Assembly (NCBI RefSeq): GCF_001194135.2
Contig: NC_068982.1
Coordinates: 165,541,612-165,605,611, forward strand
Source: Octopus bimaculoides
Taxonomy: Eukaryota
Direction: 5' to 3'
Length of the DNA stretch: 64,000 nt
The notes under the pieces were generated by a model. It had not been told where the DNA came from. It worked only from the letters and a program-made list of their open reading frames with translations, and made no database searches. Positions 26,441 to 39,690 of the stretch are shown in pieces; the stretch's first letter is position 1; each line of letters starts with the position of its first letter. A program made the translations under genes and the position numbers.

Positions 26441-26604
26441 ATGTACATATATGTATAGTTTTGGGCAATTAGGTGGGTGAGCATGTGTGTGGTTAAAGCG
26501 AGGATGGCTTAGTATATAAATATAGGTGAATGTACGGATTGGTGCGCTTACGCGAACCTATAGACTTCTCTATTCCCTTAATTTTATCCTCTCCCCTTAC
26601 TTTG

Positions 26605-26785
26605 TGGTCTATTAGCTTTTTTGTCTTAATGAAGGTCAACAACACATTTTTCACAGGAATTTTCAATGGCCGGATAACTGAAGAGATTTTGGCGTGGGCT
26701 CCCACCCCGGCATCCGAAACTCGGAGTTTTATCATGGCTACCGAATAAGTGTCACATATTTTTACAGATAGATTCTTCTATATAT
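26605..26785 (+). repeat. Dispersed repeat (probable Penelope-like terminal repeat or non-autonomous retroelement), copy 1
   Basis: Aligns by eye to reverse complement of 63805-64000 (TGGTCTATTAGC...CATTTTTCACAGGAAT...GGCCGGATAACTGAAG...CGAAACTCGGAGTTTTATCATGGCTA...GTGTCACATATTTTT); left end may extend further. Confidence 0.8.
26667..26740 (+). ncRNA. Candidate type I hammerhead ribozyme
   Basis: GATAA-CTGAAGA-[hairpin 26685-26715]-GAAAC-TCGGA-GTT-TTATC: all invariant core bases, stems I/II/III formable; one extra C at base of stem II. Confidence 0.55.
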
Positions 26786-26809
26786 CAATATATATATATA
26801 CATACATAC

Positions 26810-26889
<80 letters not shown>

Positions 26890-27214
26890 AATCCAAACAT
26901 GAACGGACGTTTACGTGCATGTATGTGCGTGTGTGTTTTTGCCCATGTGTGTGCAATTGTGTGTCGTGTCTATGTGTATTGTAAATGTTGGAGGTATATG
27001 TGCGTACATGTGCTAGTGTGTGTATGTATGTGTGTATATGTGTGTGTGCGTGTGTGTATGTGCCTGTGTATATGTGTGTGTGTACGTGCGTGTGTGCATG
27101 TGTGTATGTGCGTGCGTGTGTATATGTGTGTGTGAACGTGGAGATGTGTGTCGGGTTATGTGTGCATTTTGTAGCGTGTATGCGCGTGTGCTTGAGTATG
27201 TATGTGTATGTGGT

Positions 27215-28003
27215 TGTGTGTCCCAAAAGTCACTGAGGGGTTTTAAGTTTTAATGACTCCCTTATTTTTACAAAAGGGTACGAAACTTTAATTCGATATA
27301 GAGGAGATAATAGAGATTAATTTGCATCAGTCCTTTTTCATCATACCTCTGCATCGGATATGAAAAATGACATCTGTTAAATGGCATCCATTTTCAGCTT
27401 TACAGATCCATGCCTTATCCAAAATATTTTCTATGAGAGCTGAAAGGTTTCAAGGTCCAACTCTGGTTTCTGAAGTGATACTCCCCTTCAGTTGCTCCAG
27501 GGTTTCTGGCATGTAGACATAAACCTTCTCAATGAGGTATCCCAACAAGTCAGGGCTGGTCACGTCTGGGGTACACGATGGCCAGTTGATATCGCAGTAG
27601 CGAGAGATGATTCTGTCTACAAAATATTGTCTCAGAAATTATATTATCTCTCTTGTGATATGAGCATTTATCTCATCTTGCTAGAACCACATATCGGGCC
27701 TATTTTGAATGGCCGGATACAAAAGGTTCTCGATCATGGACCTGTACTACTCACCAGTCACAGTGACAGCATTCCCACCATCGTCTTCAAAGAAATAAGG
27801 CCCAATTAACTCATCTACCATGATTACACACCATACTATACAATTTATGGGTGTAATTCTCTTTGGTGGTCTCTGAGTTTGAATAATTGACCCCTAATTT
27901 CGATAGTATAATTTCACCACCTGGATATGTTGTGTCAAATGTTACCATAATTAATTTCTAGAACTCTCCCCCCCCCGCCCCAGTTACATTTGGCCGACCC
28001 TAT
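27215..28003 (-). mobile_element. Internally deleted Tc1/mariner-superfamily (DDxD) element
   Basis: Minus strand: IGPYFFEDDGGNAVTVTGE*YRSMI, MWF*QD, RIISRYCDINWPSCTPD, GYLIEKVY; imperfect TIRs (CCAAAAGTCACT vs CCAAATGTAACT). Confidence 0.8.
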
Positions 28004-28042
28004 ATATCATGTATATATTTATATATATATATATATATATAG

Positions 28043-28265
<223 letters not shown>

Positions 28266-29822
28266 GAGTGAGAAGAGATACAAACATACACGCGTCCAAA
28301 CACCCACACCCACACACATACACACACGTACACACATACACATACATGTATGTATGCATCTTACAAATTAAAACATATATAAATAATTATGTGTGTATGT
28401 ACTTACGCATGATTATAAATGTGAGTTACAAATTTTATCTAGAATCTTTGCTACGTTTTCGCTATTATTTATCCAGCACAAGCGAGACAATCGCTAATAG
28501 TTCCCAGACGAACCAGAATCAAATGAATGAAATAATGGCAGAATTATTCTGAAATTTACTATTTTAACTCTGAAATCAAAGGAATTTTATTAGTTGATTC
28601 TGCCTGAATGTGTATTGATTTTTTCCAATATATCTTGCTTGTTGATCCTAAACTATCTTTTCTCAGAAAATTATTATTTCTCATTTTTTTCTAATTTCAG
28701 TCGTTTTATCTGTTTCTCTATGTTCCTTCTTTATTTTTTTATATATAATTAAATGCTCATGTATTCATTGATTCTCACAGATAGATATTCACGCATACAT
28801 ACGAACACATACACAAATAAACGTTTGTACAGGCAAGCTCACTCAGTCAGAGAACCATTAAGCCATAATCACACAGAGTAAGTAAGTACTGGTGTGTAGT
28901 TACACACACATGCAAAAACCCAAACACACGCACACATACACCATACGCATATATCTACGCGTGTGTATGTGTTCATGTGTGTGACTGTATCTAAAGTAAT
29001 GTTCCTATAATACATTATATTCCCGCCTCATCTTTTTGCGCATTACATGAATTGGCTCCTATGCATTCATATACCTATTCAATCATACATACACACAAGC
29101 ATACATATATGTATATATACATACATAAATACACACACTCTCATATATATGTATGAATATATGTGTATATGTATATATATATGCATGTATATACGCCATT
29201 CAAAGTATACTTCTTTTGGGGTAAATATACAGTTTTGTCTCGCTGAGAATAAAGTCTGTACTGCACAGTTCGTATTTTTTATATTTTGGTGAGTAGAAAT
29301 CTGTAATCAAACTGACGAGTTTCTAATTTTGTTAGCACCGGAATGGAGTATGCCCAATAAAGAGATTAGTTAGTAATTTATGGCTATCTATTGTTTATAT
29401 AAATATAGGTTTAGTATTCGTTTTTTTTTTTTGTTTTTGTTTTTATAACAGTGCAAGCGCTGAAAATATGATTAATTAGTTAATAATACAGTGTAGAGTG
29501 TTTTGGGATAATTAATTACTATGTGATTTAATGCTTTCATAAACATACAAAATTAAGTTTCATTCCTAAATGATAAACAGGTGGAGGTAAAAGAAATCAT
29601 CTTCCTATATTTTGTACCAGATGGGATTTAATTTAACCAGATCCCACTTTTCTAATCTAAGTTCCATTCTCCTAACAACTTGCTATCGAAAGTGGTACTA
29701 CTACTGACAATCTAGTTAATTAACTAAGTAATAATACATTACAATAATAATGAAAATAATAATATATTAAACCATTTTTGGTTAATTTGTAATGAAACTT
29801 TAGGTGTATATTTTACTGATAA

Positions 29823-31958
29823 CGCTGGCCAAAAATTCTCACTTTTTTCTACTGACCTATGTTTGATGCCTGTTTTGAGGTAATTTGGAACCACTGACTT
29901 TTAAAATGGCAATACTGTTTTTCTATCACGTCTAGTTTTTTTCTATGGGCTGGCCCATATTGGCCCCACCCGTAGCTCCATGTTTGAAATGTTTGAATTC
30001 CTCTGACTCTTGTTTTTATATACGTGGGTATTTTACAGTACCAAGTCAAAGAATGAACGTTAGTGACATTGCGGAAAGATCCTACTTGGCTTACTTAAGG
30101 ATTAAAGTTGGTGATCAGGATAAATCGTGGGCCCGCACAGTGTATGTAAACCCTATGTCGAAAATCTACGCCAATAGACAAAGCGCACAAGGAAACAACT
30201 AACATGTGGCATTCCTATGATATGGTGAGTACCAAACAACCTTGTAAACGATTGCTATTTTTATCTCAAAATGATTTCTGGTTATAGCAAGAGAACGTGA
30301 CATAAAATAAGTCACACAAATCTGGATTCAGCAATTCAAACGGAATACCAGTACCTTCTTTCTAGGATCTGTCTTCACTGAAAGATGAAAGTGATATATG
30401 TGAAGTAGATGTAAATCATAAACATGACAGCGATATAGGATTTGCAGGAACATCAACCAAAGAACGTGAAAACTTCAACCAGGCAAAACTTAAAGATTTA
30501 GTTTCGTTAAAGACTTAGGACTGTCAAAAGACTTATCAGAACTGTTAGCTTCTAGGCGTAAAGAGAAATTGTTGCAGAAAGAAACAAACGTGACTTTTTA
30601 TCAGAACAAAGAAAAAGATCTCTCGGCAATCTTTACAACGGGAAAAAAATTTCATGTACTGCTGTGACGTGGTGGGACTGTTAAACGTGACGGGTGTTGA
30701 TCAGTATGATCCTAGTGAATGGAGACTCTTTATAGATACTTCAAAGAAGAGTCTAAAATGTGTATTACTCTATAATATAAACTTGTTTGGTGCGCTTTTT
30801 ATTGGTCACCCTGTGCGCTTAAAAGAGAATTGTGATCACATAAAAGTTGCATTAGATTTACTTATGAATAATGAACTCTAATGGGTTGCATATGTGGATC
30901 TAAAAATGGTCAACTTTTTACTTGGCCAAGAAGGAGGGTATATACAATATCCGTGTTGCTTGTGTTTATAGGATAGCCAAGCGAGAGACAAACATTTGGA
31001 ACAGAAACTCCAGCCAGTTAGGAAAAGTCTGACTGTTGGGGATAAGAATATCATACACCAACCACTTGTTGAGCGAGAGAAAAATCATCTTTCAATCCCT
31101 TCATATTAAACAAGAACTAGTGAAGTAATTTGTCAAAGCTCTTAATGTGGAAGGTAACTGTTTCAAATTCATAGGTACAATATTGCCTGGCCTAAGTTAT
31201 GATAAAATAAAGGCTGGTGTTTGTGATGGGCCACAAATCAAAACGTTAGCAAAATGCCAGAATTTCTGGAGTTTGATGGCTGACATAGAAAAAATAACAT
31301 AGTATTCATGTGTGACTGTTGTGAAAGGATCGGGCGGAGAGTGGAAAGGCTGCAAACTACAAAGATTTGGTGGAGACATTATTTGATAGCTCTCATCTTT
31401 TAGGCTGCAACATGAGCATAAAGCTTCATTTCCTCAATAGCCATCTCGACGAATATCCTGTAAATCTCGGAGACGTGAGCGATGAGCATGGTGAGCGTTT
31501 TCATCAAACAATCAAGATTATGAAGGAGAGATATCAAGGCCAATGGAACACACGCATGGCAGCAGACTACTGCTGGAGCATTGAAAGAAACTGTGTAGAC
31601 ATGAAATACTTCACATTCTCTCGCAAGCGAAAATTTGTTCTATGAATATGAAGGTGTATGTATTGTATGATGGTTTGTGCTTTATCCATTGTGTTAGAAA
31701 ATTAACAGTATGTATTTAGTAAAAGGTGATGCTAACTTACATTTCATATTCTATTGACAATTATAACTTATGATTTGAAGCTATAAGACTTAGTAAACTA
31801 TCCTGACCAAGAAAATAATTTATACAGTACATCATAAAATAGGGGTATGAAAAGCTGATCTGTCAGGAAAAAACAGATGCCATATTTGAAATCAGCATCT
31901 CAAAATTAACTAAAAACAATCACAAAGCCGAAGTCAGCAAAAAGTGTATTGACCAGTG
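29823..31958 (+). mobile_element. Complete decayed Chapaev3-type (CMC) DNA transposon
   Basis: Termini CGCTGGCCA / TGACCAGTG, ~110-bp imperfect subterminal IRs, TAA on both flanks; transposase motifs KVGDQDKSWA, EWRLFIDTSKKSLKCVLL, VDLKMVNFLLGQEGG, MSIKLHFLNSHLD...SDEHGERFHQ...RYQGQW...ADYCW; superfamily assignment from recalled motifs. Confidence 0.75.
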
Positions 31959-32159
31959 TAATCTTATCAATTTATGAAGGAGCTCAGCCGTTTGGATATT
32001 GAACCTGTTTTGACAACAATTCTTTCTGACACTGGAGGCAACCATGCGCATGCGCGCAGAAATATGCTCATGAAGAGAAGGACAGAGAATGACAGAATGA
32101 AAGGATGCAGATACACTATTAATATAAACGTTTTCCCTTTCGTATACATAAAAATATGC

Positions 32160-32945
32160 TCGTAACAAAAACAGAGAGTGAGAAAGACAGAGAGAGAAAG
32201 AGAGAGAGACAGACAGACAGACAGACACACAGAGACAGAGAGAGTCAGTCAGTCAGTCAGTCAGACAGACAGAGACAAAGAGAGACAGAGACAAAGAGAG
32301 ACAGAGACAAAGAGAGACAGAGACAAAGAGAGACAGAGTCAAAGAGAGACAGAGACAAAGAGAGACAGAGACAAAGAGAGACAGAAACAAAGAGAGACAG
32401 AGTCAAAGAGAGACAGAGACAAAGACAGACAGAGACAAAGAGAGACAGAAACAAAGAGAGACAGAGACAAAGAGAGACAGAGACAAAGAGAGACAGAGAC
32501 AAAGAGAGACAGAGACAAAGAGAGACAGAGNNNNNNNNNNNNNNNNNNNNNNNNNNNNNNNNNNNNNNNNNNNNNNNNNNNNNNNNNNNNNNNNNNNNNN
32601 NNNNNNNNNNNNNNNNNNNNNNNNNNNNNNNNNNNNNNNNNNNNNNNNNNNNNNNNNNNNNNNNNNNNNNNNNNNNNNNNNNNNNNNNNNNNNNNNNNNN
32701 NNNNNNNNNNNNNNNNNNNNNNNNNNNNNNGACAGAGACAAAGAGAGACAGAGACAAAGAGAGACAGAAACAAAGAGAGACAGAGACAAAGAGAGACAGC
32801 GACAAAGAGAGACAGAGACAAAAAGAGACAGAGACAAAGAGAGACAGAGACAAAAAGAGACAGAGACAAAGAGAGACAGAGACAAAGAGAGACAGAGACA
32901 AAGAGAGACAGAGACAAAGAGAGACAGAGACAAAGAGAGACTGAG
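32160..32945. repeat. 16-bp tandem repeat (AGAGACAGAGACAAAG)n with GA/GACA flanks, gap inside
   Basis: Direct inspection; explains the long spurious ORFs at 32.1-32.9 kb. Confidence 0.95.
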
Positions 32946-35360
32946 AGATAGAGAACGAGCGGAATATTGAAATAACCGACGTTAAAAAAGTCAGCGTCGA
33001 AACAGCGACGTCAATTAGACCGCACTAAAATAGCTGTGCCGTCTCATAACCATATTAACACCGTTGTGAATAATGTGATTAAACAGCAACTTTGCCTTAC
33101 TCTTCAAGCTCAGAAGTGTGACCAGTGTCGTTATTTTTTCGTTTATTTACACCTGTATTAGTGCGAGAATATTCATCGTTTGCTTATTAGTTACTTAAAG
33201 AATTATAATATATACAAATACAGTTGAACTGGTCTCTCTATTTTGTATGACAGTGTCGGCATCAATTACCTAGTTAATTAAATAATTAATAATACACGAC
33301 CGTGTTAAAGGATAATTTGATAGAGGGCATGGACACACACACCGTCTCACGACCATACACACGCACACACATGCCCCCTATTAAGATAAATTACACTATA
33401 TTATGGTATATATTATTGTTTCTGGAACGAGGATATGTATGATCTATTATAGAGCTAATATTGTGTGTTGACGGGAGATCTTCTCTTTGTTACATGAGAA
33501 TTAACTGCTCAAAGTAAATGCAATATGCAATTCTCGGCCATATAAATACATACATACATAAAACTTTCCAGAAGTTTATCATTTAAAAATATGAGCATGT
33601 CTAGATATGCAAATATATGCATGATAATATATACATTAAACATAGATATCTGCACATACATACATACATACATACATACATACATACAAACAAAATTACC
33701 CTGTTGATGTTGAAATTCCAATGAAGGAGCATTGGATCTAGGTTAGAAACCGGCTCTTTCTCTATTGGTAAGAAATCTTGAAATATACCTGAATGACATA
33801 CATAAATGCAAAAATACATAAATGCGTGTGTTGCGCGCACGCGCGTGTATTTACATGAAGTTGAATATATGTCCGGTCATGGAGTCGCAATTAGTTTCAC
33901 ATTCATAAAGCGCTTAGCTTCATAGACGACGGGTGGGCATATAATCTCTGTATGAGGCTTCAAAAGGGACCGGTTATATCCATGACACCCATCTCGTTGG
34001 CAAATGTTAAGAATCTAAATGGAGAAGTGAGAATCTCCGCCCTTAGGCTGGTTCCGGTCTGCAAGTACCTTTTACATCCCTAATCGACGGACGGGGAGTA
34101 GTGTTTGAAATGTGTGCAGGGGCTATAGATCTTATGTCTTGAGATTAAGAGATATCCTGGGTCCAGCGAGTGTTTAAGAATCTCTGCCTGCTCTGCTATG
34201 CAAGGCTTGCATCGTCCGCTCTCATTTATATAACTTCATAAAAAATAAAATGCGGGATCATAGGGCAACCGGGGTCCCAATATAAACAGGAGCGGATGAT
34301 GCAAGCTTTGCGGAAATTTGTCACTTTTCATTGCTTTCAATTGCTTCTTGGCGGCACTATAGAGAATTCTTAGGAAAGCATTGTGCTCCATGATGTACTG
34401 CAATCTCCTGTGCGGGGATGGCATTACATCACAGGTGACTTAAAGAAAGAAACTCAACCGGGATGTGCTACACCATCAGATTCCATCCCGACCCACCTTC
34501 CTTTCAGTTAACCCTCTTACTCACTTGGTCATCTGACATTGCTGAAGGAATTGAATTAAATGCAATTCCCTTTTCTCTGCTTCTTTAACTTTACCACAGC
34601 CACTGATGGTTGTCCTGCACACCTTCTGTGGTATTGTCTAAAATAGTTTAAATGGATTGCAACCAATCACATTTCGGTCATTTTGAATTTTTCTCACTAT
34701 ATCTCAGTGTTCCAGTGATGCTATTATGTTATCAGCTTCTTTCTCTGTGAACCATTGTCATGCAGTTTTGACATTGGCGAATTGTCCCGTATTTCTACGT
34801 CTCCAGAATTTCTCAGCATCATCACCGTTCCCATCTTTCCAACTTGGTAGATCTCAACAATTGATTTTACAGATAGTTGGAGAAACTTTCTTTTCCGAGA
34901 GCAATTCTATTGCAACTGTATAACGAAATGGTTACCAAGTACTTTGTCTTACGGAGCCGAATGAAGTCCGGTAGACACAATAAGTTTTACTAAGAAATAT
35001 TAAAAAGTTTTCAGTCTGTTAGCAGAAGTTTACAAAAGGTTGCTTACGTTTTATCGGTTCTTATTCGAAGATATCACATCAGCTAATCATGTTTTGTTTC
35101 CCAGCATACATAAACTACACCTAATATCTGTCTTACATTATTTAATATTTAATGACTTCCTTTAAGAAAGATTTGTTAATTATCTGCATGATAAATTAAA
35201 GGAATGTTAAACTTTTATCCTCCTCTCAGCTAATTACAATGAATGACAAGATATGGCGGTGGTGCACTACCCTGGTGACTGATAACAGTAACACGAAACA
35301 TCATAACCAAAGATACGAGTTTTACATCCTGCATGGCAAATCTCATGACCGAAACATGAA

Positions 35361-35485
35361 CAACTACATGGTTCTGGGTTCAGTTCCATTGTGTGGCATC
35401 CTGGGCAGGTGTCTTCTACTATAGCCTCGGGTCGACCAACTCCTTGTGAGCAGATCTGGTAGACGGAAGCTGAAGGAAACCCATC

Positions 35486-35521
<36 letters not shown>

Positions 35522-35707
35522 ATATGCACATGTGTATGTTTGTGCCCCCACCATCGCTTGAAACCGATGTTGGTGTGTTCACGTTCCCGTAACTTAAAGG
35601 TTCTCCATGATAGACCGATAGAATATGTCCTGGGGTCGATTTGTTCGATTAAAGGCGGTGATCCAGCATGGCCGCAGTCAAATGACTGAAACAAATAAAA
35701 GAATAAA
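35361..35707 (+). mobile_element. SINE family 1, 5'-truncated, diverged
   Basis: CATGGTTCTGGGTTCAG...GACTGAAACAAATAAAAG. Confidence 0.85.
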
Positions 35708-36271
35708 CTACGCTCTTGATCAGAAACAAGATATAACCGAAATGCGGTACCCGTATAACACAGTTTATATATGATAAATTCATGGTTTCTTACTTTATTA
35801 CAGTGTTCTCTCACAATATTGTATTCACATGCACAGAATCATACGTTCCCCAGCAAAGTCACTTTAAATTATTTTTCAATGCGTGTACGATAAACATACT
35901 AGACTTGGTTTTTCTACAAAATATATTTGTAAACTAGAGGCTTATGCGAAAGTACGTCTTTTACGAAAGGACGTCTTATGTGAAAGTACGTCTTTTACGC
36001 CGGCAAAATACGTGAAGTTTGCATTTGATTATTCTGGGGTCTATAAAATAAAGCATTTGTCGATTTAATTTACTGCCGTTCAGTAGTAACGTGCAGTTAG
36101 CTTGCATGGTTCGATACAAACCAAATTCCGCCCCATCTTACAGCTCAGATGATAGGTGCAGTCAAACTGCACTACCATGATCAATATTATGTATCTGTAG
36201 CACACTACATATTACTGTCAGTACAGCAGACAAACACACGTATACACACACATACCTCTCTCTCTCCCTCC

Positions 36272-36304
<33 letters not shown>

Positions 36305-36804
36305 ACTCCTTTCTCTTTATCTCTCTATTGCTAACTATTTCTCCCTCCCTCTCACTGTAACCGGGCTTCATTTAAAGGGATGACTCTAAAGGAGAAAAAT
36401 AATTTTACAACAAATTTAGTTATTGGTCGACTTATGGATTGGAATGTCAATAAAGGAAGCAATAAACAGAGTTAAATGATCGAGTTCTATAGGCACCGTA
36501 ACGAAAGGTTATAGATACTATCAGGTAACGCATTGTATATTTAATGTGTCTCTCCCTCAAATTGTCCCATTAGGCAATATAAAATCTCATTATAGTTAAC
36601 TATATTCAAATTTATCAATTCTGCTCTAGAGACAAAATGTTTTATGAGGTCTATCCAAATCTATGAGAATTATAGGTATAAGTATTAAGATTTTATGGGA
36701 TCTGCGGCAATCCCTATAATATATATTGAGTACTTTTCCTTTTACGAGCATATTTCCACACATACAAACACACACACACATACAAACACATATGTATATG
36801 TATA

Positions 36805-36864
<60 letters not shown>

Positions 36865-36983
36865 NNNNNNNNNNNNNNNNNNNNNNNNNNNNNNNNNNNN
36901 NNNNNNNNNNNNNNNNNNNNNNNNNNNNNNNNNNNNNNNNNNNNNNNNNNNNNNNNNNNNNNNNNNNNNNNNNNNNNNNNNNN

Positions 36984-37014
<31 letters not shown>

Positions 37015-37889
37015 GTGTATACATATATATAGTAAAGTGTAATTATAATTATCTACATGGTAAGAGATACGATGAAACGGCAGACGAAATGTCCAGAATT
37101 TTATATATTTTATATTCTGAGTTCAAGTCCCACTGAGATCAGCTTTGCCTAAGGTCCATTTGGATTCAATAATATAAAGTGCCAGTAAATGATAAGGCCG
37201 TTTCAATCGTAGAACACTGTTTAGTCCTGCATATTTGTGAGAAAAACGTATGATTACTACTGCTCTACTTTAGTAGAAAATATGTTTGTGCTAAGGTTTT
37301 ATGTCTGAATTTTCATTTTGTATTATTTTTGTATGCAGCAACATTAGTAATATTAGTATACCAGCGATGATCCTAATGCCTAAAACTCTCTTATTTCTTC
37401 TTCTTATGTTCCGAGTCCTAATACTATCATATTCAACTTTATCAAATACTCTGCGTTAATAAATTAAGTACCACTCATGTAACTGCTCAAATTAATCGGC
37501 GTATAGCATAGGTACATCAACAATGTACCTATGTGAAAGATATTTATGGCACACTACAGGGTTAAATAACTTACACACACATAAACACTCACACACACAT
37601 ATGTATGTATGTACGTACTTACGCATTATGTATGTATGTATGTATGAATGTATTATGTATGTATGTATGTATGTCCACCAAAGATTGTCCAGACCACATC
37701 TAACCTAACAGCATCATCTGATACGATCTGTTAAACCCTTTTAAGTCACGAAACTTTTCAGTTTTGGTTTGAAGATGATGGGATGTTTTTATTCGTTAAT
37801 TTGTTTTAGGGTAATGTCAAATTGAGCTGGGCCTGTAAAGGAAAAGAAATTGGGTTGCAATGAACTTATGTGTTGTAATCCTGAATTGT

Positions 37890-38520
37890 GTACGGCAAGT
37901 GGTCTCAGCCTAGGATGAATTCTGTATATGGTTTTCGTTTAGAGAATGCTGGTGGTAAATTCTCCATATTGTGTAAATGATGTAGCGCTAGAGAATGGTG
38001 CAAATGATGGCGCTGGAGAAAATAAAACTTTTGATGTTTAAGGCGATACCAATAATTATTTGTATAATCATTGATTATGATCAAGATCGGCTGTGCCGTT
38101 TGTTTTTTAGTCAATTCTCATTACGTTTTGCTTGGTGTGTGGAGACCACCGAGGTCAGCAGTATTCTGCGTGTAGTCATACAAAGGAGGAGGAAAGGGAA
38201 AGGATGATAGCTCGGTCTCCGGACCGGAAAGTCCTGAGAATTTACAACATCGAATTTATTGTTGACGTGAGTACTCCAGCTGCGATTGTTGTCAACAATT
38301 ACTCCTTAGTCCCGGATATTATAGGATGATGTGTATAGTTTCCCTAAAGGAAGAGAATGTGGATATTTGAACGCGTTCATTTTTCCAAAGTGCATGAATT
38401 CAAATTTTTCCTCATTTAACCGCATTTGAGGCATTCATTATACTGCTAAAGATACTAGATCTTTGAATTTGTCCTTGCCATATTATTGCCAAAAAGGGTA
38501 CATTGATATTGTTGGAGCAT
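37890..38520 (-). mobile_element. Decayed CR1-type LINE fragment (post-RT region)
   Basis: Minus strand: RLNEEKFEFMHFG, RD*GVIVDNNRSWSTHVN, EYC*..WSPHTKQN, NYWYRLKHQKFYFLQR. Confidence 0.7.
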
Positions 38521-39420
38521 TAAATTAACTGCAGGTTGACCAAATGTGTTAAATACGAGTTGTCTACTCTGCACTGGAATTGAAATGTCTAAATCTTCTT
38601 GACGAATCAAGTAGTCTGTCATAATTGTAGTCTGACAACATTAGATAATTACTGGAACAAGTTACTTAATGCAAAGATTTATATCATAATAAGCATTCTA
38701 AGGATTAGAACTCTCTTTGATAATTTCAGTTTGATCTATATCGATTAAAGTACACGTGACGAAATCTCAATGAATTAACATCTCCTACTGGGCAGTAAGT
38801 TAAAATACGCCGTTAAGTATGCCCTATACAAGGTAACTTTTAAAATATCTTTTATTGGGGAGCTTCGTTTGCTTAATAACTGGAGCAAAATGTTCTGAAA
38901 AAGTGTTATTAATATTTTAGGTTACAGTTTTTATTCTAACCTCAACCACGAAAAGGTGACAAAGATATAATTGGACAAAATTCTAAAACAGCTACATCAT
39001 TTTAAATACCGATAAAAGTACTGGAATTTGTATGTTATTGTTTGATGTATAAGGAAGATAAAGATATATTCAGTAAGTTCTCTTCGGATTTGATGGCGAC
39101 CATAGGGTACGGGTCAACTTTAAAGGTCAAAAAGAGGTCAAGACTTTAGAAAGAATGGGCGGAGTGTTAGTGAATAAGTGTCCGAAGATATAGGATACAG
39201 TTTGATAAATGAGAATATCATTTAAAATGTCAACTGAAGACAAGTTGGCAACTGTTCATAAATGTTTATAAACAAGCTTGAAGTGCTGAACATTTACAAC
39301 AGAATATATACATTTTAATCTCCCCAACACATATTGATCATTTTGGCATTTTTAATGAGCGTTCAGATGATGATGATGATGATGATGATAGCAATATTAA
39401 TTTAAATAATAAAAATTGTT

Positions 39421-39477
39421 ACAGCAACTTTATGGAAGACCAGCAACTTTATGCAAGACCAGCAACTTTATGGAAGG
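39421..39477 (+). repeat. 19-bp tandem repeat x3 (CAGCAACTTTATGGAAGAC)
   Basis: Direct inspection. Confidence 0.8.
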
Positions 39478-39479
39478 GT

Positions 39480-39643
39480 GTAGCCGATTGCAGTACTTGA
39501 TTAGTACTTTATTTTATGGAACTCGGAGGGATAAAAGTCAGTGTTGATCGCAACGAAATTTAAACGTAAACAACCGGACGAAATGCCGCTAAGCATTATA
39601 GTATTTTCTCCGATGCGCTAATTTTTCTGCCAGATAACTGCTT
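39480..39643 (-). mobile_element. Old SINE family 2 copy
   Basis: Diverged match to head and central domain (CCGCTAAGCATT, TTTCTGCCAG). Confidence 0.55.
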
Positions 39644-39648
39644 TAGTA

Positions 39649-39688
<40 letters not shown>

Positions 39689-39690
<2 letters not shown>

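Noticed and set aside
28407-28548. Minus-strand exon with GTAAGT donor
   Set aside because: Weak acceptor, stops in all frames, donor adjoins a TATG repeat.
32160-32945. CRISPR-like array
   Set aside because: Contiguous tandem repeat without unique spacers in eukaryotic DNA.
34440-34930. Possible decayed LINE ORF1 on minus strand
   Set aside because: No motif clear enough to support a call.
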